A stretch of DNA of 61,156 nt, the filler included, from Sluysia triapertura (taxonomy: Eukaryota), in assembly GCA_046118255.1 (NCBI GenBank). It is 4 parts of 4 records of this genome, joined end to end, with 100 filler letters (N's around TTAATTAATTAA, not from the genome) between each part and the next. Parts side by side here need not be neighbours in the genome. Positions count along the whole stretch, not along the records: positions 1 to 21,874 come from JBJNIA010240659.1; positions 21,975 to 34,210 come from JBJNIA010126853.1; 2 more parts are not named here. One strand, given 5' to 3'. The notes beneath the pieces are model-generated. The model searched no databases. It saw only the letters and a program-made list of their open reading frames with translations, and had not been told where the DNA came from. Numbering within the stretch: the stretch's first letter is position 1; every line of letters starts with the position of its first letter. Of this stretch, positions 11,807 to 23,640 are shown one piece after another. Position numbers and translations under genes: made by a program.

Positions 11807-13409
11807 TGATAAATGCACATTTTGTAACATTGTCCGTTAATTTGGACAACATTTTACACGTATTATTTGTTGATGACAACGGTGTTGTCTTCTGACAACT
11901 ATGACGTTCACGTATGGGTAGATTCAAAATCAAAGGTCTAATGTAAACTAACTTTTCAATCTTCGATTCAGATAAGAAATTTCGTCTTGCCATGTTAATT
12001 AAAATCACAATGCCAAAATAGCAGCCATCATCTGCGTCAGAAATTGTAACAATGTCAAACTCGACTAAGGCCTTAGTTTTTTTAAAAATTTCTATAAGAA
12101 CATGACATATCTTATTCAAAACATCTAAGTTTCCATCATCAATTGTAGCTTCAACAATTAATGGATCGGATGATGAAAGTACACTGATACACCGTCTATC
12201 CTGATTGCTATATTTTTCAAAATCGGTTAGGCCAATAATCATATTAATGATGTCATCGTTAAATACATTCTGTTTCATTTCAACCGACTTTTCGTTAGCT
12301 AGCATTCTAATTGCATTTAAAGCGTTAATGGTTTCATTATTATTTGACTTCGAAACTAAAACTGAATGGCATTTTTGGTAAACATCTTTTCTATATTCCT
12401 GACTTAATTTAAGTTGAAAACATGGCTCGTGCTAGTATACAAAATCTATAACGTTTTTTGAAAACATTTCGAGCTTATTTCAATTTTTTTGAAATTCTGT
12501 ATTTGTTTCTTTTTAAACTAACTTTTTATTCTATATTTGTTTTTGTGATTTTGAACAATTACTATTGGCTGACTTGGAAAATTCTTTGTTGTTAATTGAG
12601 TTGACATTTGTGCTAGAAAATATGAAAATCGATAGTGAATTCAATTGTGTGTATTATAAATAATTTACTCATCAAAATGCTTGTAAGTGTTGGATATAAC
12701 TTGTTGATATTTAGAATAAAATCAATATCTTTTGAAACAACGTCATCACCATCATTTTCATTGATTTCTTTAGTACTTTTTATAGTACCAGTTTTTTGTT
12801 GCTTATCGTTTAATAAATCTACAACTCTGAACAGAAACATGTCTAGCGAAATCATTAATATAAATCCAACACAACCCGCTATCACAAATGAATATTTTAC
12901 TTCAATCTTTAGTGATGTTCTATGTACTTCATAAAATAATGTATAAACCATTAACGAGCAATCAAAAGCTCCTGCTACAATACCAGCTATTAAATTCTGA
13001 TATTTAATAATTAAAATTTCTCCTATTGTAATTAAAGCTATAACTTGTGCATGCATTGCCAATAAACCATTTCCAATAAATAAAAACCAATTAAAATCAT
13101 TACTGAAAGCATGAAGTAGCAGTTAGAAAAATAAAGCTTGTTTATGGGTGGAAAAGGTTGTTGATGGACTTTATAGCCATGAATTGGAAATAATTTAAAG
13201 ATATATGATACAGTTGAGGGCGTTGTATTATAAAAGATAATGGAATGATATTTAAATTTAGGATCCGAAAACTTGTATTGATCTTTATAGATCATTCGAA
13301 ATATTAACTTATGAACTATGGAAATAAAACTGATGAGATTATAGTTGCTTTCGGGTCGAAATATTCTGTTTTCGAAAACAAAGAAGTTTATTGTTTTAGA
13401 TATCTGCAT
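11807..13409 (-). pseudogene. Intronless orphan gene with a central hydrophobic region, broken into ORFs 13038-13409, 12613-13062 and 11757-12305
   Basis: The ORFs are co-oriented and overlapping or abutting, and coding-like sequence continues through 12305-12610 with frameshifts. Contains a KFSDPKF motif. The 3' end is cut at the pol junction. Confidence 0.55.
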
Positions 13410-13608
13410 ATAATTGATTATTAATTTAAACCTTAATTTTAAGTCAAGTACTTGGAAATACCGTTCAGTATTAATTTTATAAATTTTAGATTTAGAATTA
13501 TTTACATCTAGAATGATTTTAAGAATGAGTATGTAGATGGTCGAATATTTATAGGTGACAATCTTAAAATTTAAGCCATTTAAATTGAATTTACAAAAAT
13601 AACGATGA

Positions 13609-14922
13609 TTAATATATATATTGGTATATTAAAAAAATGATAACTTTGAGAATAGTTTTAAACTTCACTAAATTTTTAAAATACTCTCCATCGTTCTGGA
13701 TCCTGACTCGGTTGACTTCTAAATCGATAAAATTATTATTAATGACATATATAAATACATGATAAAATATAAATTGATCAGGTTGTAATTCAAAAATATT
13801 ACCTACAGCACTCTGAAAGTCATCACCTTTACGTATAGATAAATTGAACAGCATAACCAATTGACGTATCTTTTTATCGGTGGCGAAATTCGTTACGTTC
13901 CCGTTAAAAGGAATAAGCTTATGTTTACATGGTTGTCCTTTTGTCAATTCAAAAGCATCTACAAGCATCACATTAAATATGTCGTCTTTTAGTATGGCGA
14001 AATGCTTTGACATTCTTTGATAGCCGTTTAATACAATTGATCGAAAATCATCATGTTTATATACACAAGATCGCGTAACTAGATTATACTGGTCTATTAC
14101 TAAATGCAAGATCAAATTTTTATTGTTGCTAAATGTTATTATGTTGAATTGATCGTCATTACGTATTTCTAAAAATGTCATCACTAAATTGTTGTTATTT
14201 GAAGACATTAAACTAAAGACATGAACTTTATCTCTAATTGATAATATTACATCAAAAATTTCTAAAAACATCATCGTTATGTCGTTGTTATTTGAAGACA
14301 TTAAACTGAACGTAGAGTTTTCGTGCATCATCATTATAACGTTATTATTTGAAAACATTAAACTAAAGACATAAACTCTATCTCTAATTGATAATATTAC
14401 ATCAAAGATTTCTAAAAACATGACCATTATGTCATTGTTATTTGATGATATTAAACTGAATGTAAGGTTTTCGCGCGTATGAAGAAATAGTGTTAATTGC
14501 TGTTGCATTAATTTTCTTTTCTTTGGATCAGTCGACTGATTAGAACTAACACAAGTAGAGTTATTGCGACTACCTATAACGCTGCTTATATAGGTCATAT
14601 CTTTGTTTCTAGCTTTCACATTATATTGGTTTAATAAATTGCCATCTAATGAATAATCTGATTCAGATTGTAAATCTGATGATGAATTTAATGTATTTAA
14701 AATCAACGAATCATCTACAACAGAAAGGTCAAAAACACATATATAATTCCTTTTAAAATTGGAATTTTTCAGCTGATTAGCATACTGTATAATAACAACA
14801 GTTTTAGATATACTAGACTTGTTTACATTATGTGAATCCGAATTACCATAGACTGATATAAAATTACTCTGAGTAGCATTATTTAAATGATTTGTATTTG
14901 GAAGAGGTTGAGAATCCATCAA
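13609..14922 (-). CDS. Intronless orphan protein (437 aa) with an internal 50-aa tandem duplication
   Basis: Long ORF in very AT-rich DNA, with a 150-nt internal repeat at ~14170-14473. The start lies ~95 nt from a CCAAT palindrome. Confidence 0.7.
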   Translation of the reverse strand: MMDSQPLPNTNHLNNATQSNFISVYGNSDSHNVNKSSISKTVVIIQYANQLKNSNFKRNYICVFDLSVVDDSLILNTLNSSSDLQSESDYSLDGNLLNQYNVKARNKDMTYISSVIGSRNNSTCVSSNQSTDPKKRKLMQQQLTLFLHTRENLTFSLISSNNNDIMVMFLEIFDVILSIRDRVYVFSLMFSNNNVIMMMHENSTFSLMSSNNNDITMMFLEIFDVILSIRDKVHVFSLMSSNNNNLVMTFLEIRNDDQFNIITFSNNKNLILHLVIDQYNLVTRSCVYKHDDFRSIVLNGYQRMSKHFAILKDDIFNVMLVDAFELTKGQPCKHKLIPFNGNVTNFATDKKIRQLVMLFNLSIRKGDDFQSAVGNIFELQPDQFIFYHVFIYVINNNFIDLEVNRVRIQNDGEYFKNLVKFKTILKVIIFLIYQYIY

Positions 14923-15017
14923 ACACTACTTTATTGATAAAAGTTTTTAATCATGAACTTTGAATTATGATATGGCTGCCAAAATTTTTGTAATTCTAAT
15001 TTTAGCTTTAATTTTGT

Positions 15018-15081
15018 TCACCCAATCAGAGTGCTGATATTTTTCTTTTAAAATTTTGTTGATTAATCTCTGATTGGGTGA
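15018..15081. promoter_or_regulatory. Inverted pair of CCAAT (NF-Y-type) boxes; putative bidirectional promoter
   Basis: Perfect 14-bp inverted repeat TCACCCAATCAGAG ... CTCTGATTGGGTGA. The left arm plus flank matches 29356-29377 at 21 of 22 nt. Confidence 0.65.
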
Positions 15082-15118
15082 CATCCGTAATTAATGTAGC
15101 AGTTGAAAAAGACTGATG

Positions 15119-15187
15119 GCTAACCACCATCAATACTGACAGGTCAATATTAACGTGAAATTGGCTGTCAGGATTGGTGGTGGTAGC
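15119..15187 (+). ncRNA. Putative hairpin (pre-miRNA-like RNA or ssDNA structure)
   Basis: ~27-bp stem and 11-nt loop. Two G-U pairs form only on the + strand. Homologous to the hairpins at 29250-29318 and 56762-56826. Confidence 0.45.
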
Positions 15188-15265
15188 AACCGGTGCTGTC
15201 ATCAATTTTGAGTTTATTATTTTTAATAATTATTTTATATTTAGGTATAATGATAATAAAAATGG

Positions 15266-15267
<2 letters not shown>

Positions 15268-15330
<63 letters not shown>
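15268..15330. repeat. (AAT)n microsatellite
   Basis: Perfect AAT run. Confidence 0.97.
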
Positions 15331-15429
15331 CAAAGTAATAAAAATATCTAAAATACATAAATCTTTTGAAACTTAACACGAACTGCCTTTTGATTCTTTA
15401 TTTCTTAACATATTTAAATCTATTTTCTT

Positions 15430-15770
15430 AGCTTAAAGTAGTTAAATGTCTATAAGGTTAAATATTATTAGGATATTGAGAACCTATGATTTAAGTGTTT
15501 TGAGATAATATATAAATGTTTTATGCGAATTTTTAAATATACATTGATGTTTTAAATGAAACTAATGTTTGGATGTTAAAAGATGGTGATTGAAAAGAGA
15601 GTAGTTTCATGGATGTGAAGAAGTTAAATTATAGCTTATGTTTTGGTACATTCTAAAAGGTAATTGTGTGATGTTGAAAAATATGATTTTGGTTATGTTG
15701 GTATTGAACTATGTATGATGAATTTTTTGAATGTGATTTTGTTGTATTAATAGGTTGGCCACCACAAAGT
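15430..15770 (-). repeat. Dispersed repeat homologous to 57050-57815, possibly an LTR-element leader
   Basis: Shared blocks ttttg(g/a)tacattctaaa, tggttatgttg...gaactatg and gttgg(cc/tt)accacaa. The minus strand is CA-rich like the Gypsy leader. Confidence 0.6.
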
Positions 15771-15802
15771 CTTCAATTCAAAACCATTTTATCACATATT
15801 TA

Positions 15803-16365
15803 CCACGTTTCTTCGAAAATAAGACAGAGTTTATATTAATATTCACTCCAAAATATGGCAACAGCGTTTATTTTGGAGGGGATGTTTCATTTTCATCTAT
15901 CGAAAATAGAGAATTATGAAATTTCTAAATATCCAAAAAACATGAAAACCGATCTACATTTACCAATGAATAACACGTTTTATGTTTAAAAACTAACTGT
16001 AAATCATTCAAAAATGCTCATATCGTCGTCCTCTGGAATATCTTGCAAGTCACTGGATTGCAAAGTTTCTGCTGAGTTTTCATTTCATTATTTTAAGTCA
16101 TTCTTATGAAGAAAATATCACTTGGATAATTGTTTGAAAATGAATCACAATAAGAATTTTGTTATAGTCAGTCACAGTCAGAAAGTGAACCAGAATGCTT
16201 TGATAATGAATGTATATCAGAATTTATTGTAATTTAAATCTAATAGTGCTTTAAATACAGAAGCATATGCTAATCGGCTATCAACCAGAGTTTATTTTAG
16301 GGGTGGATCTTGAATTAAAATCATCCTGGAACATCAGGCTAGGTCTTATTTTCGGAGAAACACAG
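15803..16365. mobile_element. Non-autonomous Tc2/pogo-like element
   Basis: 23-bp TIRs CCACGTTTCTTCGAAAATAAGAC / GTCTTATTTTCGGAGAAACACAG with 4 mismatches, and TA on the left. Confidence 0.8.
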
Positions 16366-18313
16366 AACTTAATAATTGTGTTGGTTTGTATTAGTTAGTA
16401 ATCTTTTTTAGTGATATTTCACTAATATAATGAAATACGAAAAGTTACACACTATTTTCTAAATTCTGTTTAGGTTTATTATGTACCTTTAAATTAAACA
16501 CATTTCTTATATATCTGATTCTTGATTTCAGATCGTTTAAGCTGTTTCTTCGCAAGCTATGGAAAATGCAAAGATGAAGTAGTTTTAATTTATTGAGATT
16601 TGGTATAAAATTTCAAATTATAAGACTTGTTTTAATTTTATTTAAAATTCTTTTATTTTGTCACATTATATTAAATTTTAATCATGATTAATGTAAGATT
16701 TATATAAAGGGTTATATGTATAGCCAAAATATTCCTCAATTTTAATAAAAATATAAAATAGAATTAAATAAATAAATAATTGATAAATAATGTTTGCATT
16801 TTTTGTTAATAATGTTGAAAGGAATAATCAAAAGTGAGATGAAATTTTATTATTTTTTAAGAATTAATAAAGAATTTGTTGGTCTAAATTAAGAAGAAAT
16901 GTATATGATCAATTTCAAAACTAAAAGTGAATGTAAAAATTAAAAATTAATACATTTGTTAATTTAAAATAAATCTATTAACAAACAACTCTATTTAATT
17001 GCAAATAGGAAGTGAAATTTTAGATTTCAACATAGAAATAATATATGTGCTAAATTAAAGATTCACTAAATTATAACTGTCTATTTAAAATGAGACGTGA
17101 AATTTGGTGTTGCATTTTAAATGACTATAATACTTATTTTATTTCATCCTTGAATTTTAACCTCTGTTTAAAATGAGATAAAAATGCGCAATATGTTGTA
17201 AAGGCTGTACTTAAAACTGCAACAAACCTAAGTCTCTCTAATTAATATTTTTAATCAAAGAAAATGTTACAAATATAGATAGTAGGATAATCCAGCCTTT
17301 CCATCACAAGATCTGGATCTCGACCTACCAGAGCATTGCCAGAAATATGATGAATTCTTCCCATTCCCTGCAACAGGAGTTTCCCTGATCCCGGATATTG
17401 GCTGGTTATGACTCTGCTGCTTTAGTTATTGATTTATCACAGAGGTTGAAAAATAAACATCGAACAAATATAACCAACAAATAAACTATGAAAATATCTT
17501 GTAGTGTTTCAACCAGGCACTATAATCGCACTATATTCACACACTCATAATTCAAGCCATACACAATTACAGATAAAATATTTTCTGCATATCATAATTC
17601 AACTTATGCAATACAAAAGTCCTACACTAAAATATATTTAAATTATTAACCGTTAAATTTACCAGCAATTATATTACATCAAATAAACGTCACACATTAT
17701 TAATTCTTTGTACTCGACACAATTCATAAATTATAAAACTCCAAGCCACAAAATTTCGTAATAAAATCAAACTAACTTGATCAAATTATAATAATAATCA
17801 AATACGTATATATTATGCCTTTTGTTGTGTCAGTTCTCATCATTGCCATTATCAGTTATCTTTTTTATTTCTTTATGCATCAATTTCAAGTATGGAACCA
17901 CATGGACTCCGGGATCAATGTGTTAAATGAATATCTTTTTGGTAAAATTACCTTTTTTGTTAAAAATTGTTTTTTATTAAAATTAAGTTTTAATTATAAT
18001 TTACCTATTAATTAAAAATTATATTTTAATTAAAAATTTGTTTTAATGCGTCATCATTTCTGTTTATTGAAATTATAATTTTTACATTAATTTCTTTTAT
18101 TGTTTTTATTATAACTTAATTTAAATTTGAATTTTATTTTTAATTTTAATGTTATAATTATATGTTCTATTGCAATGTATATTTTTATATAGTTCCTAAA
18201 ATACTTTATAATGATTGTTTTGGAATGTTCTTAAAAATAAGAAAATATTCGTATTACTGCTCAGATGATGTAAATTTACGATAAAAGTTATTGACACTTT
18301 AATTTCAAATACT

Positions 18314-19140
18314 ATGAGTTCGCTTATGAAAATTTTTGACGAATTCAGAATAGATTGCAACATTGTTAAAGATGAAACAATTCTCGAAACAACGTCGATA
18401 CAGATGGAACGTTTCTTAGAATTAACGTTGACAGAGATGAAACATTTCTCTATGATGATGTTTTTAGATACGAAACTTTTGTCAGAATGGAGTGTGTTAA
18501 GGGTTCTAGACTAATTCAAAATATTTTTAGAGATATCAGGAATTTTGAAAATTGTTCTCAACCAGTTAGACTAATGTTTTTTAAAACTGTTAATTATATT
18601 TGTTATATATTAAATAATCAAGTTTTACGCAGCAAATTGTTTAATTTGCAAGTAGACTTAAGACATTGTGTTAATTTAAAATATTATTATGAAGTTCTCA
18701 AAGTGTATTATTTACTGAATTTCCTTGTTTCTTTTATCGAAAGATTCAGATAAAGAGTTATAGAGCAAAATATGTAAAGTCAGTTGCACATTTGACGACG
18801 ATTGCGAGTCGTGTGACCTCAAGTCCGACACTAAGTAAGTCGACTGTACCATCTTTAAATAATAAAACACAAAGACTACTTAAAATTTTAAATTTGAATT
18901 CACGTGAATTACAGTCTAAAAGAGTATATGCTTGTGAAATCTTGAAAGAAAAGACTTGTATATTTGTGCAACAAATTTTTGAACGGTTAATGATGTCAAT
19001 TAGAGGATACTGTATGATTATGTTTTATTTAGAACTGTTTAAGTTATCAAGCTTTAGCATAGGTGCGTCATATAGTATCGATGAGGTGGTAACTAGCATA
19101 TTTATGAGACAGGTGAATTGCTCGGATAATGTATATAGCG
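18314..19140 (+). pseudogene. Decayed intronless orphan gene, interrupted by an LTR at 19141
   Basis: Three overlapping or adjacent ORFs joined by frameshifts. The coding-like sequence ends where the LTR starts. Confidence 0.45.
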
Positions 19141-20870
19141 TGTTGCGCCAGACGTTGCTGATTTCCGAGGCCTTACTTTTCAAATTGTACGTGATCTTTT
19201 ATATTATCAAATGGACATTGTTATTTTATCTATCATTTTCGTTCTATTGTTGTTATTTTTACAATTCGCATAATATATGGAGATTTTATATATTTTTCAT
19301 ATTCAGTTTATATTATCAAGGACCTCAAGTCTACCTTTATAAAGATAAATATTTTAATACTTTTAAGTTTAATAATTCTTATTTTAAATTAATGTTTCGT
19401 ATCATAATTTATAAAGTACTAAACAATAAACCATTGAACATAATAATATTAAATCTTAACGCAGCAATATTAAATTGGTGTCAGTAGTCAAGTTATCCTA
19501 CGTATATTACGCGAATTGTAACTTTTTATGGTGTTAATGAGGACCGAAATAGCAACAATTTTAAAATCTATAAATTTATAAATTCTCAAATATTTCAATA
19601 TAAACTTCTACTCTATAAAATTATTTTTAAACTGAATAGCTTTATCTTCTTTTTCAAAGATTTAAATAATTTAACTTTTCACAAAAAGTCAAAAAAAGCA
19701 ATAAAATATAAATGAAAAAACAAATTGTTAACAATCTCATCCAACACATTATATACTCCAACTATAAGTAACTCTATACAATATAGGCGACATCCGTCAC
19801 AACATCTTAGATTTATAGCACATCCAAAAACCACTCAACCTTTCAAAACCGATGTGCATGCCATCCAAACACCTCAACACATTACCTATTCAACAGACTC
19901 AGCATTTCTTACACAACATCCTCTCAACACCAACTATTTCAACAATCTAAATCATACACTTACAACATATCAAAATATACACAGATTATGCCTCAAAACA
20001 ATAGAACACTCACGCAACCCAAATAAAAGACATCAATCCCACTTACAAGATACACTTTGCCACAGTCGTCTCACTTACACCACAATCTAAACATATATAA
20101 AGTCTCATACTAAAACCGTCCACGAAACGGAAACTAAAATGACAATGGTAAAATTATAAGTTACGGATTTGCATCTAATAATCAAAATCATATACAGCAA
20201 ATTCGTTCCAAAACTTTCACAACATCATTTCGTCCTCACTAGAACAAGAACATATATATTTTAGAAATACACAAACATCTACCACATCAAGTAATTCAAT
20301 AAATCTTGTACATTTAAATGCACAACCTTAAGTCTATACTGAAGAATAACAATAATAAATTTAATTTAAAGAGTCGAACTCATAAACGTCAACAATTACC
20401 CAATGTCAAACCAAAACACGTTCAGTGGGCATCCCATAATGACAAAACGTACATAATCCCATTACAAAAACCATTAAAAAATAAAGAATAAAGATATAAA
20501 TCCTACCAACACCACAAATGTAAGTCATATATTAGAATTAATTAAGAAATTCAACAAGGATTTACAATAAATAAGTCATGACATAGCAAACTATTCATAT
20601 GATATTAATCAACAAACAGATCAAACTTTACAGAATAAGAATATGCATGAGTCAAACCCCGGCAGCCAGTGTACAATTTTAGATGACACAACTAAACAAC
20701 ATACACTGTTATAACAAAATACTTCATCACATAAACTAAGCAACAATACCATCCATCCTCAAACATCTCACACAAAGTTACAACACAAACGTTCCTCCAT
20801 AAATCAATAATATACAACTACAAGTGACACTCTAAGTAACAATATTAGTTTCCTTACGCAAAACTAATAC
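19141..20870 (+). mobile_element. Second, older 5' fragment of the same Gypsy family (LTR ~19141-19466, PBS 19476-19484, pre-Gag ORF remnant)
   Basis: TGTTGCG...CGCAGCA ends, an aaggacct(t/c)aagtc block shared with LTR1, TGGTGTCAG PBS, and translated blocks HPLNT, KIISYGF, KSILK, PKHVQWA and FNKDL shared with copy 1. Confidence 0.85.
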
Positions 20871-21358
20871 CAATCCTAACAAAAACAAATTACATTTTGC
20901 ATGGATTGTAGTCGATCAAAAATCCGAATTAAGAATCTTTCAATATCATTTAATTAGTGTAGATTTGAATGGCGTTAACTGCTTTGTTACGAATGCTAAT
21001 AACTGTGTCACGTGATAAGTTTATCCAACTGACTAATAAAGATTTTAAAAAATGGCGATTTTCGCTGTATCGATGGCACTGGGCCGCCACTCATCTGAAC
21101 AAAAAAATTTCAATTGTAGCGCACACTCGCACTCAAATAAGATACGTATACACAAATTAGCATGTACACAAAAATATACAGGTATTTTAGTAAATTACAA
21201 CAGATATTTAATATGAAACTTATTTATTTATTTAATTTACAATTTTTTTAATAAGTACACACAAACTAACATGTACACAAATATTATTAAAATTTAAATA
21301 TTAATTTGTGTGATTTCCTTTTTTTGTTGGAGATGGCTGTTCTATGCTATTGATAGAA

Positions 21359-21448
21359 GATAATTTTCTTTTTTAGAAAAAATAATTTCTTTTTTAGAAA
21401 AAATAATTTCTTTTTTGGAAAATAATTTTCTTCTTTGGAAAATAATTG
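21359..21448. repeat. Minisatellite, ~20-22-nt unit, about 4 copies
   Basis: ataatttctttttt(a/g)gaaaa repeated in tandem. Confidence 0.85.
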
Positions 21449-21874
21449 TTTTTTAATTAATTTTAAATGTTTTTAGAATATTTTTTTATGATATTAAATA
21501 ATTGCTTCATTATTTTAAATAGTTTTAAATGATTGACTGAAAATGAATGGTTGAGTTTCAATTCGATAGTGTCTTATTAAAATTACTTTTGCATTGTGTG
21601 TAGAGTCATGCTCAAGTTCTATAGTTAATGTGATATTAAATAACTGATATTCCAAAAGATTGTTACAGGAGACTATCCAATAAAAAGTATTTTTATTTAG
21701 TATCGATTCATCTTGACACCATCCTTTTAAACAGCATTTTAAATAGAGATTAATCAATTTGAATTTATCTGCTTGTACCGCAACTATAATACTCTTTTGT
21801 GTCGATGTAATAGATATTCGAGGTGTTAAGTCCCGTGATACATGCTCATCTGGGATTAAATCGACCATACATGC

Positions 21875-21974
21875 NNNNNNNNNNNNNNNNNNNNNNNNNN
21901 NNNNNNNNNNNNNNNNNNTTAATTAATTAANNNNNNNNNNNNNNNNNNNNNNNNNNNNNNNNNNNNNNNNNNNN
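21875..21974. other. Assembly gap with six-frame-stop linker
   Basis: N44-TTAATTAATTAA-N44. Confidence 0.98.
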
Positions 21975-22486
21975 TATTAATGAATTATAATATTGTTGTT
22001 GAAAATAAAATTCATCGAATTTAAAAACCTTCGTAGGCATTGATAAGCTATATCTTGTTGTAATTTCAAGCCATAATACCTTTAACAAATGCTTATACGC
22101 AACTTTATCAAACCAAAACATATAACTATGTAAACTAAGTACACAAACAAAATATATTGCACAAACCCATTTGGATAATAATAATACATAAGTAGTTAAA
22201 ACGAAAAGTAGGAAGAAAATCTTGTTCTGACATATGTGTTCTTTGAATCTAGATATCACTGAAATTAATTTGCCTATTTCAAACATTCTATTTCCCTTGT
22301 TATACCAACATCGATTTTTTCATTGATAATTATAATTTTTTATTTTTTAATTATTTTTATATTTTTTATTTCAGACATGGCAAATATGATTATTATTAAT
22401 TAATTGATTAAAAAATATAATGCAATTAAAAGATCATTGAAATATCAGAATACATATTTTAATTCTTAGCTCATTTATTGTGTAAA

Positions 22487-23290
22487 TTATATTTGTTCGT
22501 TTTTATTTCCACAAATTACTTCAAATATTTTAGCAATTAATTCTATAATTTCTATAATACAAATAAATGTCATTCCACTCCATGTACTGAAAATACCACC
22601 GATGTTACTTAGTATTTGTGACAAAGATACAACCGCTTTATCATAAGAAATCTCTAAATGAAAATATTCTCGATTTAATACTTAAAAAATTTTCTTCAAT
22701 AGCACTGGTTTCTTTTGACATTTTTAATGCTTCACAAAATAACCATCACGAATTTTGCTTTTAATTTTAAAATAAATATTTAGATTTTTCACAATCATTG
22801 TATAAATGCTTTTGTTTTTATTTTTAGCTGATGTATTTTGAATTCTTCGAAGTTTAGTTATTAAAACGTCAAAGAATTGTAGATGGTACGATTTGACCTG
22901 AACTTATACGAGTTATGTATGTATAAAATTTACATGGTCTTGGACAAACATTTTCATAAACTTTTGATTTGTAAACAGATTCGCAAATAGATGTGTTTAC
23001 TACATTATCGATCAAGTCACTTCGAAAGTGTTTAGTAACATTAAATTCTTTCATCGGATATTTAATAAAACCACACAATCGTCGTCTAAACAAATAAGAT
23101 AACAAATTGATTGGAGTTTCATTTGATAGTGAAATACAGTTACAATTCTGTGAAAGAATACTTTGTGTTTCATAATTTTGACAACCTAATACTGAAAATT
23201 TATAGTCGCTCTACATTTATATCGTTCTACATTTACATTTGCATTACAAGTACCATATGGTGCTTGCAATTCTCGATTTTGTAATATCAT
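22487..23290 (-). pseudogene. DEG/ENaC (amiloride-sensitive sodium channel) family pseudogene, C-terminal half
   Basis: Translated pieces LQAPYGTC, GCQNYETQSILSQNCNC, CPRPCKFYTYITRISSGQIVPS, EENFLSIK, LSQILSNIGGIFST(W)SGMTFICIIEIIELIAK match the thumb/knuckle Cys pattern and TM2. Several frameshifts, including one at the Trp codon. Confidence 0.85.
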
Positions 23291-23389
23291 AAATTAAACA
23301 TCATTACACGTATTTGGAAGCAACTGCGGAGATACAGATATCAAATGCATATTAGTACATAAATAAATATATACATAAACTGGGAAAAC

Positions 23390-23640
23390 AAAAGAATAAA
23401 GAGAGATTGGTAATAAGGATAAAAGAAATAATAATGATAGCAATAACGTGATTATTATTGTATGTTTAAAAATAATGGTATTGTTGATGTTAATATGAAA
23501 GTTATTATCTGTAATAGCAATAGTTATAATACGTGATAATTATGTACAATGGTTATATTTGTTTTCTGAATGAGTCAAGTAGTTTGTTTAATGATCTGTA
23601 TAAGTAAATGATGTTTTTAAGTGATGCATTTTATGCGATT
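23390..23640. repeat. Dispersed repeat, homologous to ~60790-61080
   Basis: Shared atgaaagttattat and ataattatgtacaat...ttgtttt(c/t)tgaatga(g/c)tcaagtagttt. Confidence 0.75.

Noticed and set aside
19141-19487. Hydrophobic C-terminus of ORF 18792-19487 as TM helices
   Set aside because: It is read-through into the T-rich LTR.
21875-21974. TTAATTAATTAA palindrome recurring three times (also 34211-34310 and 49206-49305)
   Set aside because: It is always centred in identical N runs and gives stops in all six frames, so it is an assembly linker. Adjacency across these gaps is unverified.
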